Source: Elusimicrobiota bacterium
Lineage (GTDB): Bacteria > Elusimicrobiota > Elusimicrobia > UBA1565 > UBA9628
Length of the DNA: 64,000 nt
Assembly (NCBI GenBank): GCA_026388095.1
Contig: JAPLKL010000041.1
Span: forward strand, 36,016 to 100,015
Direction: 5' to 3'
Made by a program: the position numbers and the translations under genes. The notes beneath the pieces were generated by a model that saw only the letters and a list, made by a program, of their open reading frames with translations, did not search any database and had not been told where the DNA came from. Positions 43,654 through 51,740 of the stretch are shown piece by piece (the stretch's first letter is position 1; the number at the start of each line of letters is the position of its first letter).

Positions 43654-45086
43654 CACGGCGCCTCCGGCGCGCGGCGCTCCGCCGTGGCACGCTTGAAGAG
43701 ATCCAAGTAACTGCGCACGGAGCGGTTCCAGGAGAAGTCGCCGCTCATCCCCGCTTGCGTGAGCTCGGCCCAGGACGGGCCCGCGCAGGCGTCCAAGGCG
43801 CGGCCCAAGGCCCGGCCGAAGTCCCGCGCATCGCCCGGCTTGGCCGTGAAGCCGTTGAGTCCCTCGGTGACGGTGTCGCGCAGGCCGCCCGTGCGCGTGA
43901 CCACCGGCACGCAGCCGTAGCGCATGGCGATGAGCTGCCCCAGCCCGCAAGGTTCGAAGCGCGAAGGCATGAGCAGGATGTCCGCCGCGGCGTAGAGACG
44001 GTGCGCCAGATCCTCGTCGTAGCCGCAGCGAAAGCGGGCCGCGCCGCTGTGGCGGCGCGCCCAGCCGGCCACGGTCTTGACCAAGGAGGGCTCGCCCTCC
44101 CCCACGCCCACGAAGCGGCACCGCCGCAGACGCGGCGCCAGGGCTTGCAGGGCGATGTCCCAGCCTTTCTGGCGGTCGAGCCGGGCGACCATCCCCACGA
44201 GGGGGACGCCCGCCGCAGCCTTCAGGCCGCAATCGGCCAGGAACCAGTTCTTGCAGGCCGCCTTTCCCTTCCGGTCTCCCAGGGAATAGCGCTGGGCCAG
44301 GCAGGAGTCCCGCTCCGGATTCCAGCAGTCGAGGTCAAGGCCGTTGAGTATGCCGACCAGCCGGTCCCGGCGGCGGCGCAGCAGGCCCTGCAGGCCGTGG
44401 CCTCCGGACGGGGTCTGCAGCTCGCGGGCGTAGGTGGGGCTGACCGTGGTCAGCCAGTCCGCGTCGGCCAGACCGGCTTTGAGGAAGCTGTAGCCCTTCG
44501 CGGTCTTGGCTTTCCGGATGTCCGTCCTCGCGAAGCCAGCCTGGATGAAGCTCCGGGCCGGGAACACGCCTTGGTAGGCGATGTTGTGGATGGTGAGGAC
44601 CGTGGCGGCGGCGGAGAAGAAGGGGTCTTGGGCGTAGAGGGTCTTGAGGTAGGGGGCGATCAGGGCCGTCTGCCAATCGTGGAGGTGGATGACATCCGGC
44701 TTGAAGCCCATGGCTTTGGCGCCTTCGAGCACGGCCCGGCAGAACACGGCGTAGCGCAGGTCGTTGTCCGGGTGGTCGCGGCCGTCCACGCCGTAGAGGC
44801 CGTCGCGGTCGTACAGGGACGGAGAGTCGATGAACTGCACGGAGACCGAGCGCCACTGCATGAAGCGCAGCGCGACCGCCACGGAACTGGCGCCGAAGGG
44901 GACGTCCAGGGGATGAGACATGCCGCCCTGCAGCGCCGCGGACTCCACGACCCGGTACTTGGGCAGGAAGAGCACGACGTCGTGCCCGGCGGCGCCGAGC
45001 TTCTGGCTCAAGGCGCCGACCACGTCCGCCAGCCCGCCGGTCTTGCAGAAGGGGAAGGCCTCGCTGGCGGCCAGGAGTATCTTCAT
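43653..45086 (-). CDS. glgA: Glycogen/starch synthase-like GT5 glycosyltransferase (GlgA family).
   Basis: The N-terminus MKILLAASEAFPFCKTGGLADVV carries the KTGGL motif. The GT-B C-terminal domain (ARLDRQKGWD..., FLMPSRFEPCGLGQLIAMRYGCVPVV) is present. Confidence 0.85.
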   Translation of the reverse strand: MKILLAASEAFPFCKTGGLADVVGALSQKLGAAGHDVVLFLPKYRVVESAALQGGMSHPLDVPFGASSVAVALRFMQWRSVSVQFIDSPSLYDRDGLYGVDGRDHPDNDLRYAVFCRAVLEGAKAMGFKPDVIHLHDWQTALIAPYLKTLYAQDPFFSAAATVLTIHNIAYQGVFPARSFIQAGFARTDIRKAKTAKGYSFLKAGLADADWLTTVSPTYARELQTPSGGHGLQGLLRRRRDRLVGILNGLDLDCWNPERDSCLAQRYSLGDRKGKAACKNWFLADCGLKAAAGVPLVGMVARLDRQKGWDIALQALAPRLRRCRFVGVGEGEPSLVKTVAGWARRHSGAARFRCGYDEDLAHRLYAAADILLMPSRFEPCGLGQLIAMRYGCVPVVTRTGGLRDTVTEGLNGFTAKPGDARDFGRALGRALDACAGPSWAELTQAGMSGDFSWNRSVRSYLDLFKRATAERRAPEAP

Positions 45087-45093
45087 CCCAGGC

Positions 45094-45834
45094 TCACGGC
45101 TCCGGAGCCTTCTCCTGGGGAGGTTCCGACGACGCATCATCCGCAGGCCAGATGGGGGCGGCGGGCTCAGCGGGCGCTTCCGGCTCCGGCTCGGCGACCG
45201 GTTCGGCGGGCTGCGGCTCGGGAGCGGGCTCGCCGGCCTGCGGCTCCGGCACGGGAGCCGCGGCGACCTCGGGGGGAGCAGGATTCTCCGGGGCCTGGAA
45301 ATCGTCGATGGACGGCAGGTCCTCAAGGCTGCGCAAGCCGAAGTGGCGCATGAAGTCGGCCGTGGTCCCGTAGAGCAGCGGCCGCCCCACGCTCTCCTTG
45401 CGTCCCACGACCTTGATGAGGCGCTTCTCCAGGAGCGTCTCCAAGGCCGCGATGACCTCCACCCCGCGGATCTCCTCGATCTCGGCGCGGGTGAGGGGCT
45501 GCTTGTAGGCGATGATGGCCAAGGTCTCGTGCGCCGCGGTGGAAAGGCGCATGGTCATCCTCTCGGCGAAGAGCTTGCGCACCAGGTCGCCGTGGGTCGG
45601 CCGGGTGGCCATCTGGAAGCCTCCGGCGACTTCCAGGACCTGGAGGGCGGACTTCCGGTCCTCCAGGTTCTGACGGATAGCCCCCACCAAAGCGCCCAGG
45701 CGGGCGGTATCCTTGACCTTGGTGAGCTTGCGCAGCTCGTCGAGACTCAGCGGGTGGTCGGTGATGAAGAGCAGGGTCTCGAGCTGGCCCTTGAGCTCAT
45801 CATCCGGCAGGGGCGATGCTGGCGTCTGGGACAT
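45094..45834 (-). CDS. scpB: Segregation and condensation protein B.
   Basis: The protein from MSQTPASPLPDDELKGQLETLLFITDHPLSLDEL onward has the two winged-helix ScpB domains, followed by a Pro/Glu-rich acidic tail. Confidence 0.85.
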   Translation of the reverse strand: MSQTPASPLPDDELKGQLETLLFITDHPLSLDELRKLTKVKDTARLGALVGAIRQNLEDRKSALQVLEVAGGFQMATRPTHGDLVRKLFAERMTMRLSTAAHETLAIIAYKQPLTRAEIEEIRGVEVIAALETLLEKRLIKVVGRKESVGRPLLYGTTADFMRHFGLRSLEDLPSIDDFQAPENPAPPEVAAAPVPEPQAGEPAPEPQPAEPVAEPEPEAPAEPAAPIWPADDASSEPPQEKAPEP

Positions 45835-46537
45835 CGACGCGGACCTCCTTTTTGTAGACCATGATGGGGCCGAGATTCCCCTCTTGGCGCACGAAGACCT
45901 TCTCCATCTTGACGAGTTCGAGCATGGCCAGGAAGCAGGCGAGTATGCCCCGCCGCTTGCGCTCGTCGGAGAAGATCTCCACCCAGCTGAGCGCGGGCCG
46001 GCTCTCGAGGAGGAACATGATCTTGGCCATCTTCTCCTCGATGGGGAACTCCTCGCCGACCACCTCGCGGGTCTCATGCTTGGCGCGCTCGAGGATCTCG
46101 CGGAGGCTGCCGAGCAGGTCGAAGAGGTTCAGGTCCAGATTCTTCTGCGACTCGTCGAAAGTGGGCACGCCCCGGTAGAAGACGTCCTTGAACTCGTCGG
46201 CGCGCTTCTCCAGGAACTTGGCCGCCTCCTTGAACTTCTGGTACTCCAGGAGCTTGGCCTTGAGCTCGGCGGTCGGATCCGGGCCGGTCTCCTCCTCCTC
46301 GCCGGGATGGCTGGGCAGGAGGGCCCGCGCCTTGATGCCGATCAAGGTCGCGGCCATGACCAGGAACTCGCCGGCCAAGTCGAGGTTGAGTTCCTTCATC
46401 AGGTCGATATAGGCCAGGTACTCGTGCGTGATGTGGGCAAGGGGGATGTTGTTGATGTCGAGGTCGTCCCGCTTGACCAGGAACAGGAGCAGGTCGAGCG
46501 GCCCCTCGAACATCTCCAGATGGACTTGGTGGCTCAT
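45800..46537 (-). CDS. scpA: Segregation and condensation protein A (kleisin).
   Basis: The N-terminus MSHQVHLEMFEGPLDLLLFLVKRDDLDINNIPLAHITHEYLAYI is the canonical ScpA N-terminus. The gene overlaps the scpB start by 35 nt. Confidence 0.85.
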   Translation of the reverse strand: MSHQVHLEMFEGPLDLLLFLVKRDDLDINNIPLAHITHEYLAYIDLMKELNLDLAGEFLVMAATLIGIKARALLPSHPGEEEETGPDPTAELKAKLLEYQKFKEAAKFLEKRADEFKDVFYRGVPTFDESQKNLDLNLFDLLGSLREILERAKHETREVVGEEFPIEEKMAKIMFLLESRPALSWVEIFSDERKRRGILACFLAMLELVKMEKVFVRQEGNLGPIMVYKKEVRVDVPDASIAPAG

Positions 46538-47607
46538 CTCAGCCTCATGGCGCGGCGGACCTGCTCCAAAGTGGACTTGGCGACGGCCGAGGCTTTGCGG
46601 GCGCCCTCGGCCAGTATCTCGTCGACTTTCTCGGGCTTGGCGGCGTAGCCTTCCCGGGCCTTGCGGAACTCGGCGAAGGGGCCGTCCAGGGACTGAAGCA
46701 GGCTCTTCTTGTCGGCCACGCAGCCCAAGCGGCCGGCGCGGCATTCCTCGCCAATCTTCTCCCAGTCCTGGGTGTAGAGCTTGTGCAGAGCGTAGACCGC
46801 GCAGCCGGGAGGGTTCTCGGGGCAAGGATCGGGATGGCCGGGAGTGTCCTTGCGGAGCTTCTGCGGGTCCGTGTACATGGACATGACCTTGGCTTTGAGC
46901 GAGTCCGCGGTCTCGTAGATGTTCACGGCGTTGCCGTAGGACTTGGACATCTTGCGGCCGTCGCAGCCAGGGACCTTGGGAGTCTGGGTCAGCAAGGGCT
47001 GGGGCTCGGAGAGCACGGGACCGTAGATGTGGTTGAATTTGCGCGCGATCTCGCGGGAGAGCTCGACATGCGGGAGTTGGTCCTGGCCGACCGGCACGCG
47101 ACCGCCCTTGTAGAGCAGGATGTCCGCGGCCTGCAGGACCGGATAGCCCAAGAAACCGAAGGTGCGGATCTCGGACTTGGCGGCCGCCTCGCCCTCAGAC
47201 GCCTTGTGGTCCTCCCCGTCGGCCGCCTTGCTCAGCTTGGTCTTGGACAGCTCCTGGAGCTGTTCCTTCCATGTGGGATTATTCTCCAGCCAGGACAACG
47301 GGGTCACCATGCCGAGCAGGACCGCGAGCTCCGCGTGCTCGGACACGTCGGACTGCTTGAAGATGACGCATTTGGCGGGATCGAGGCCGGCGGCCAGCCA
47401 ATCGAGCACCATCTCGCGAATATTATCTTGAAGGGCCGAGGTGTCCGAGTAGCCAGTGGTGAGCATGTGCCAGTCCGCCACGAAGAAGTAGCAGTCGTAG
47501 CGGTCTTGCAGGGAGACCCAGTTCTTGAGCGCGCCCCAAGAGTGGCCGATGTGCAGACGGCCGGTGGGCCGCATCCCGGAGACCACGACTTCCCGGCGGT
47601 CTGGCAT
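46534..47607 (-). CDS. trpS: Tryptophan--tRNA ligase.
   Basis: The HIGH-region variant (PTGRLHIGH), the KMSKS motif and an overall class I TrpRS layout are present. The start is MPDRREVVVSGMRPTG. Confidence 0.9.
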   Translation of the reverse strand: MPDRREVVVSGMRPTGRLHIGHSWGALKNWVSLQDRYDCYFFVADWHMLTTGYSDTSALQDNIREMVLDWLAAGLDPAKCVIFKQSDVSEHAELAVLLGMVTPLSWLENNPTWKEQLQELSKTKLSKAADGEDHKASEGEAAAKSEIRTFGFLGYPVLQAADILLYKGGRVPVGQDQLPHVELSREIARKFNHIYGPVLSEPQPLLTQTPKVPGCDGRKMSKSYGNAVNIYETADSLKAKVMSMYTDPQKLRKDTPGHPDPCPENPPGCAVYALHKLYTQDWEKIGEECRAGRLGCVADKKSLLQSLDGPFAEFRKAREGYAAKPEKVDEILAEGARKASAVAKSTLEQVRRAMRLR

Positions 47608-47648
47608 GGGGTGTATCTTAGCGAATTGCCCAGGGGGACACAAGAAAA

Positions 47649-48056
47649 TTAAGCGCCGGGGACCATCCGGAATCCGGCTTTGGCGAAATCCTCGTCAAAA
47701 GCGAAGACCGCGTCCGCTTTGAGCTCCGCCATGAGGGCCATGGAAACGCAGTCCGTGAAGCTCAGCCTCTTGTCCTTGTATCTGCTCATGACCTGGAGCG
47801 CGGCGCGCTCCAGGTCCGCGTCCACATAAGAGATGGAGCAGAGGCGGCTCTTGAGGATGATGTCGGCGAAGGCCAGGGCCGCCTCGCAGCCGACGCAGTA
47901 GCGCAGCCTGGTGATGGTCTCGTCTACCACGTAGTTGCTGGTCAAAAGCCGGTCCGCCGAAGTCAGGGTCTCGTAGAAGCGTTTGGCCCGCGGGTGCAGG
48001 ACGTCCGAGCGGTCTTCCAGGGCGATGAAGGCGCTGGTGTCTACGAAAATCTTCAC
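47649..48056 (-). CDS. vapC: PIN-domain ribonuclease toxin (VapC family).
   Basis: The sequence MKIFVDTSAFIALED...VVDETITRL...FTDCVSMA carries the conserved PIN acidic residues. It overlaps the upstream antitoxin gene by 4 nt. Confidence 0.85.
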   Translation of the reverse strand: MKIFVDTSAFIALEDRSDVLHPRAKRFYETLTSADRLLTSNYVVDETITRLRYCVGCEAALAFADIILKSRLCSISYVDADLERAALQVMSRYKDKRLSFTDCVSMALMAELKADAVFAFDEDFAKAGFRMVPGA

Positions 48057-48307
48057 GCGGCGTCGCCGTAGATGTCCCGGTCATGGCGCACGGCGCCGTC
48101 GGTCAGGCCGCTCTCGCATGCGCCGATCAGCCGTTGGAAGGGGTCCTTTTTGGGGTCCACGGTCTTTTCATCGCACCCGATGTGGTAGGCCAATTCAATG
48201 GCGTCGCGGACCAGCTGGGCCAGGCTCTTGCGCTCCTTGGCGGCCCTGATCTTTAGCGCCTCCAAAGTCTTCTCAGGAAGGCGGATGTTAGTGGCTGTGT
48301 ATTTCAC
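48053..48307 (-). CDS. vapB: Antitoxin of the VapBC pair (ribbon-helix-helix, CopG-like).
   Basis: The sequence MKYTATNIRLPEKTLEALKIRAAKERKSLAQLVRDAIE is an RHH fold (β-strand, helix, helix). The start codon is a GTG at 48307. Confidence 0.7.
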   Translation of the reverse strand: MKYTATNIRLPEKTLEALKIRAAKERKSLAQLVRDAIELAYHIGCDEKTVDPKKDPFQRLIGACESGLTDGAVRHDRDIYGDAA

Positions 48308-48330
48308 GATATCATGATACCATGATATCG
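48307..48330. promoter_or_regulatory. 24-bp near-perfect palindrome (CGATATCATGATACCATGATATCG) overlapping the vapB start; a candidate autoregulatory operator.
   Basis: The 10-bp arms CGATATCATG and CATGATATCG flank a 4-bp centre. The palindrome sits at the 5' end of vapB inside an AT-rich promoter region (48300-48370). Confidence 0.5.
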
Positions 48331-48370
48331 CATGGATTTCAAGCCTTGCAATGAGCTCTTCAGAAGAAAG

Positions 48371-49483
48371 TCAAAGCCTGACACCCAACCAGGCCAGGGC
48401 TTCCGCGCGCGAGCGGATGCGGCCCGTCCATTGCGCGCGCGCGGCCTCATCGAGCATGGCGCGGAACTCCGGGCCCGGCTTCAAGCCTGCGGCCTGAAGG
48501 TCCGAACCTCCCAAGAACAATGGCTGCAAGGCGGTCTTGGGCAGGCGCGGCAAGACCAAAGCCACGAGACGTGCGGCCTCGGGAGAAAGCGCGACCCGGG
48601 GAGACGCCTTCTCCCGGCAAACGCGCAGCGCCTCCTTGATGCGCCGCGCCAAGGAATGCTCCACGGGCAGCCCGGCCAGGAACTCCTCGGCCTTGCCGCC
48701 CAAGGCAAAAGACAACGCGCCTAGCCGCTCCTCGACCGTATCTCCCTTGGCCTTCGCGGGCAGGTCGGGATAGACCAGATCGAGGTAACCCCACTCCCGC
48801 AAGCGCCGCAATGGCGCCTGAGGATTCTCCTCAGCCAGCACGCGCAGGAGCTCCTGCGCGATGCGGTGGCGGGAGAGCCGCCCCGCGATGCAGCCGTAGA
48901 GCGACTGGCGGACCATGATCCCGAAGCCGGGGGCGGGCTGAAGATTCAGGCGGCACAGGAAGCGCGCGGCGCGGAAGACCCGCGTGGGGTCGTCGCGGAA
49001 GCTGGCCTCATGCAGGACGCGCAGCACCCCGGCCTTGAGGTCGCGCAGTCCTCCGTAGGGGTCCACCAGAGCCCCCGCGCCGTCGGGCTCCACGCGCACG
49101 GCCATGGCGTTGATGGTGAAGTCCCGGCGGAACAGGTCGCGCTCCAAGGGCGCGGGCTTGACCTTGGGCAGGCAGGCCGGCTCCGGATACTCCTCCTGCC
49201 GCGAGGCCGCGAAATCGACGCGCAAGTCAGCCCCCTTGACCCGCAGGGTCCCGAAAGCGCCGAAGGCCTCCGCCTTGCCGCCCAACTGCCGGGCGCAGAG
49301 CTTGGCCAGGCCGCCGGGGTCCCCCTCGGTCACGAGGTCAAGGTCCTTGACGTCCTTGCGCCCCAGGATCCAGTCCCGGACGCAGCCGCCCACAGCGTAG
49401 AGGGGCAGGCCTTGGCGGCGGGCGCTCTGCGCGAGCGGGCGCAGGAGCTTCAGCGTTCGAGCCGGGATGCGCGGTCCGGTCAT
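48371..49483 (-). CDS. cca: tRNA nucleotidyltransferase (CCA-adding enzyme) / poly(A) polymerase family protein; head domain only, with no HD domain detected.
   Basis: The Pol-beta-type nucleotidyltransferase motif LYAVGGCVRDWILGRKDVKDLDLV is present, followed by an RNA-binding neck region. Confidence 0.75.
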   Translation of the reverse strand: MTGPRIPARTLKLLRPLAQSARRQGLPLYAVGGCVRDWILGRKDVKDLDLVTEGDPGGLAKLCARQLGGKAEAFGAFGTLRVKGADLRVDFAASRQEEYPEPACLPKVKPAPLERDLFRRDFTINAMAVRVEPDGAGALVDPYGGLRDLKAGVLRVLHEASFRDDPTRVFRAARFLCRLNLQPAPGFGIMVRQSLYGCIAGRLSRHRIAQELLRVLAEENPQAPLRRLREWGYLDLVYPDLPAKAKGDTVEERLGALSFALGGKAEEFLAGLPVEHSLARRIKEALRVCREKASPRVALSPEAARLVALVLPRLPKTALQPLFLGGSDLQAAGLKPGPEFRAMLDEAARAQWTGRIRSRAEALAWLGVRL

Positions 49484-50139
49484 CAGCGTAGGGCCGGAGG
49501 CAGCGCGCCGTCGGCCGCGGTGCGCAAGACGCCGAGATAGGATTGGTAGGCGGTCAGGCGGTCGTTGGCCGCGAGCAGCGTCTCCAGGCCGGCGATCATG
49601 TTGGCGCGGGTGATCCCTGCGCCCTTCCTGGCGGGAGCGTAGGGCAAGGACGCGGGGATGCCCAATCTCCGGGCCAGGCCGGGCCGCACATGATAGAGGG
49701 AGAGGCCCAGTTCCCGCGCCACGAACTCCATCACCTCGACCTCCTCGCCGCGGTAGTCGTCCTCGCTGAGGAGCGCGCCCAAGGTCTCCGGCCCGAAGCA
49801 GATCTCCGGCTCCAGGTCCAACGGCAGCTTATCGCCCATAGCCTTCTTGAACTCCTTGAAATCCTCCGCCATCTTGAGCCGCCAGCGGCTCTCCTCGGCC
49901 TGGAAGGACGCCGGGAAGACGAAGAACAGGATGTCGGCCGCGGGTGCGAAGAAGATGTAGGGCGCGTCCGCGAAGAAGGCGGCGCCGCAGGCGGGGCAGA
50001 TGAGCAGGTTCATCTCCTTGGCCGCCACGGCCTCGCGCAGCTCCGGGCTGCGGTCGCCGTTTATGAAGCTCCAGACCTCGGCCTCGAAGGGCTCGCAGCC
50101 CTGGGGACAGCGCGCCTCGATGACGCCCTTGATCGACAT
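49483..50139 (-). CDS. CpXC-domain protein (zinc-ribbon-like).
   Basis: The motifs CPQGC...CPACG (IEARCPQGCEPFEAEVWSF...LLICPACGAAFFADAPYIFF) match the CpXC domain. Confidence 0.65.
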   Translation of the reverse strand: MSIKGVIEARCPQGCEPFEAEVWSFINGDRSPELREAVAAKEMNLLICPACGAAFFADAPYIFFAPAADILFFVFPASFQAEESRWRLKMAEDFKEFKKAMGDKLPLDLEPEICFGPETLGALLSEDDYRGEEVEVMEFVARELGLSLYHVRPGLARRLGIPASLPYAPARKGAGITRANMIAGLETLLAANDRLTAYQSYLGVLRTAADGALPPALR

Positions 50140-50183
50140 GGCGGCTACATTATAGCTCTTCGCGTCCGGCCCGATGACGCCTC

Positions 50184-51734
50184 TCAGGGCAGACCGGCCT
50201 TGATCTGGGCCGAGAGGCCGAGGACCTTGTCCACGTATTGCTGGGAGTGGTTGTAGCCGTAGATGGAGCGGGACACGTCGCCGGCGTAGCCGTGGCGGTT
50301 GAGGTAGTTGGCCACGGAGAGCACGGAGTCGGGGAAGCTGAAGGGGTCGCGGCCGCCGCCGTCGGCGTCGCGGGCGTAGGCCTCCCAGCTGGTGGGGAGG
50401 AACTGCGGCACGCCCATGGCGCCGGCCCAGGAGCCGCGGACCTGCGTCGGCTTCAAGTCCCCAAGATCCCCTTGGGCCGTCAGCCGCGTCAGGGCGGCCA
50501 GATCGCGCTGGGCTTGGAGGGCGCGGCTGGTGGGGCGCCCGTTGGAACCGAGCTGGCCGGACAGCGTGAGCAAGGTGTCGCGCAGGGGGTGGCCTCCCGT
50601 GTTGTGGCCGAAGCTGGTCTCCACGCCGAGGATGCCCAGGATATGCTGGGGCTGGACGCCGTATTCCTTCAGCGCGCGGTCGAAGACCGTGCGGTTCTTC
50701 TGATAGGCGTCCAGGGCCCCGCGGGGCGGCGGCGCGCGCGGCGCGGGCCGCGGTTCGTCTACGTGCTTGAGGATCTCGGCGCGGGTCGCCGGGTCGGGAG
50801 GATTGGCCACGACCTGCTGCGCGGCCGCGGCGTAGGCGGCGGGCGCGACGGCCGCAGCGGGCGGGATGTCGGCGCGCGCCAAGGCCAGGTCCGCGTCCTC
50901 GTCCTGCGCGCTGCGGCCGCTGGCCTCGAGCACCGCAGCCGCGGCCCGCTGGCGCTCCAGCGGCGTCACCGGCCGGCCGGAGGCCTGCAGCTGCGCCAGC
51001 GCACCGCGCACGCCCTCGTCCACCTTTCGGTCGGCGTCGATCTGCTGCAGGATCGCGGCGGCGAGATGCGGCTCGTCCTGCATGACCTGACCGGAGTCTC
51101 CGACGATCTTCAGGTCCCGCGCCGCGGCCAGCACGCCGGCGACCTTGGCAGACAAACGTTCGTCCTTGGAGAGCCCGGCTGTCTCCGCCTCCAAGGCCAG
51201 ACGCTCGCGGCGGCTGTCCCCCTCACGCGGGGGCTCGCCGGCGTCCCGGGCCGGGGCGGCGGCGCCCCGCGGCACGACGGCGCCTCGTGGGGCGGCGGTT
51301 GGCGCACCCGGGGAAGCTTGGGCCGAGGGTCCCGCCGGGAGATAACGGGCGGAGGAGCCGGCGGTGAAGCCGGAGTCCAAGCCCGCGAGACGAAACGCCG
51401 GAGTTCGGAGGCCGGCCCGGAACGGCCGCCCTTCTCCAGGAGGCGGGGGCTCCAAGGCAGGCGCGTCGACGGCCTCGGGATATCCGACGCGCGGGTCTTC
51501 CCCTGAGGGCGGCACGCTCACGGCGGCGGCCGACGCGCCCGCGCTCCGCGGCTGCGGCCGGCCCTGCGCGACCAACACCGCGCCGATGCCGGGCGGTCCC
51601 AGCCTCCTGGGGCCGCGCTGGGAGTACCAGGCGAGAGCGCTCAAGCCTGCGGCGGCCGCGACCAAGAGCAGGGCCTTGGGGCCCGATCCGGACTCCATGC
51701 CAGTGAGTTTAAGCTGAAAGGCCCCCAGCGTCAA
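50184..51734 (-). CDS. Membrane-anchored lytic murein transglycosylase (MltB/SLT_2-like C-terminal domain) with a long disordered Pro/Ala-rich N-terminal region.
   Basis: The C-terminal region has ILGVETSFG (with the catalytic Glu context), GAMGVPQFLPTSW and DPFSFPDSVLSVANYL. An N-terminal TM (ALLLVAAAAGLSALAWY) is present. The start may be at MESGS (51698) rather than 51734. Confidence 0.75.
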   Translation of the reverse strand: MTLGAFQLKLTGMESGSGPKALLLVAAAAGLSALAWYSQRGPRRLGPPGIGAVLVAQGRPQPRSAGASAAAVSVPPSGEDPRVGYPEAVDAPALEPPPPGEGRPFRAGLRTPAFRLAGLDSGFTAGSSARYLPAGPSAQASPGAPTAAPRGAVVPRGAAAPARDAGEPPREGDSRRERLALEAETAGLSKDERLSAKVAGVLAAARDLKIVGDSGQVMQDEPHLAAAILQQIDADRKVDEGVRGALAQLQASGRPVTPLERQRAAAAVLEASGRSAQDEDADLALARADIPPAAAVAPAAYAAAAQQVVANPPDPATRAEILKHVDEPRPAPRAPPPRGALDAYQKNRTVFDRALKEYGVQPQHILGILGVETSFGHNTGGHPLRDTLLTLSGQLGSNGRPTSRALQAQRDLAALTRLTAQGDLGDLKPTQVRGSWAGAMGVPQFLPTSWEAYARDADGGGRDPFSFPDSVLSVANYLNRHGYAGDVSRSIYGYNHSQQYVDKVLGLSAQIKAGLP

Positions 51735-51740
51735 GGCCGT

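Noticed and set aside
47635-47654. Third copy of the GGGACACAA...TTAAG motif upstream of trpS, considered as a regulatory site.
   Set aside because: The match to the hairpin arm is only partial and the site overlaps the vapC stop codon. It is mentioned as weak support only and is not called as a feature.
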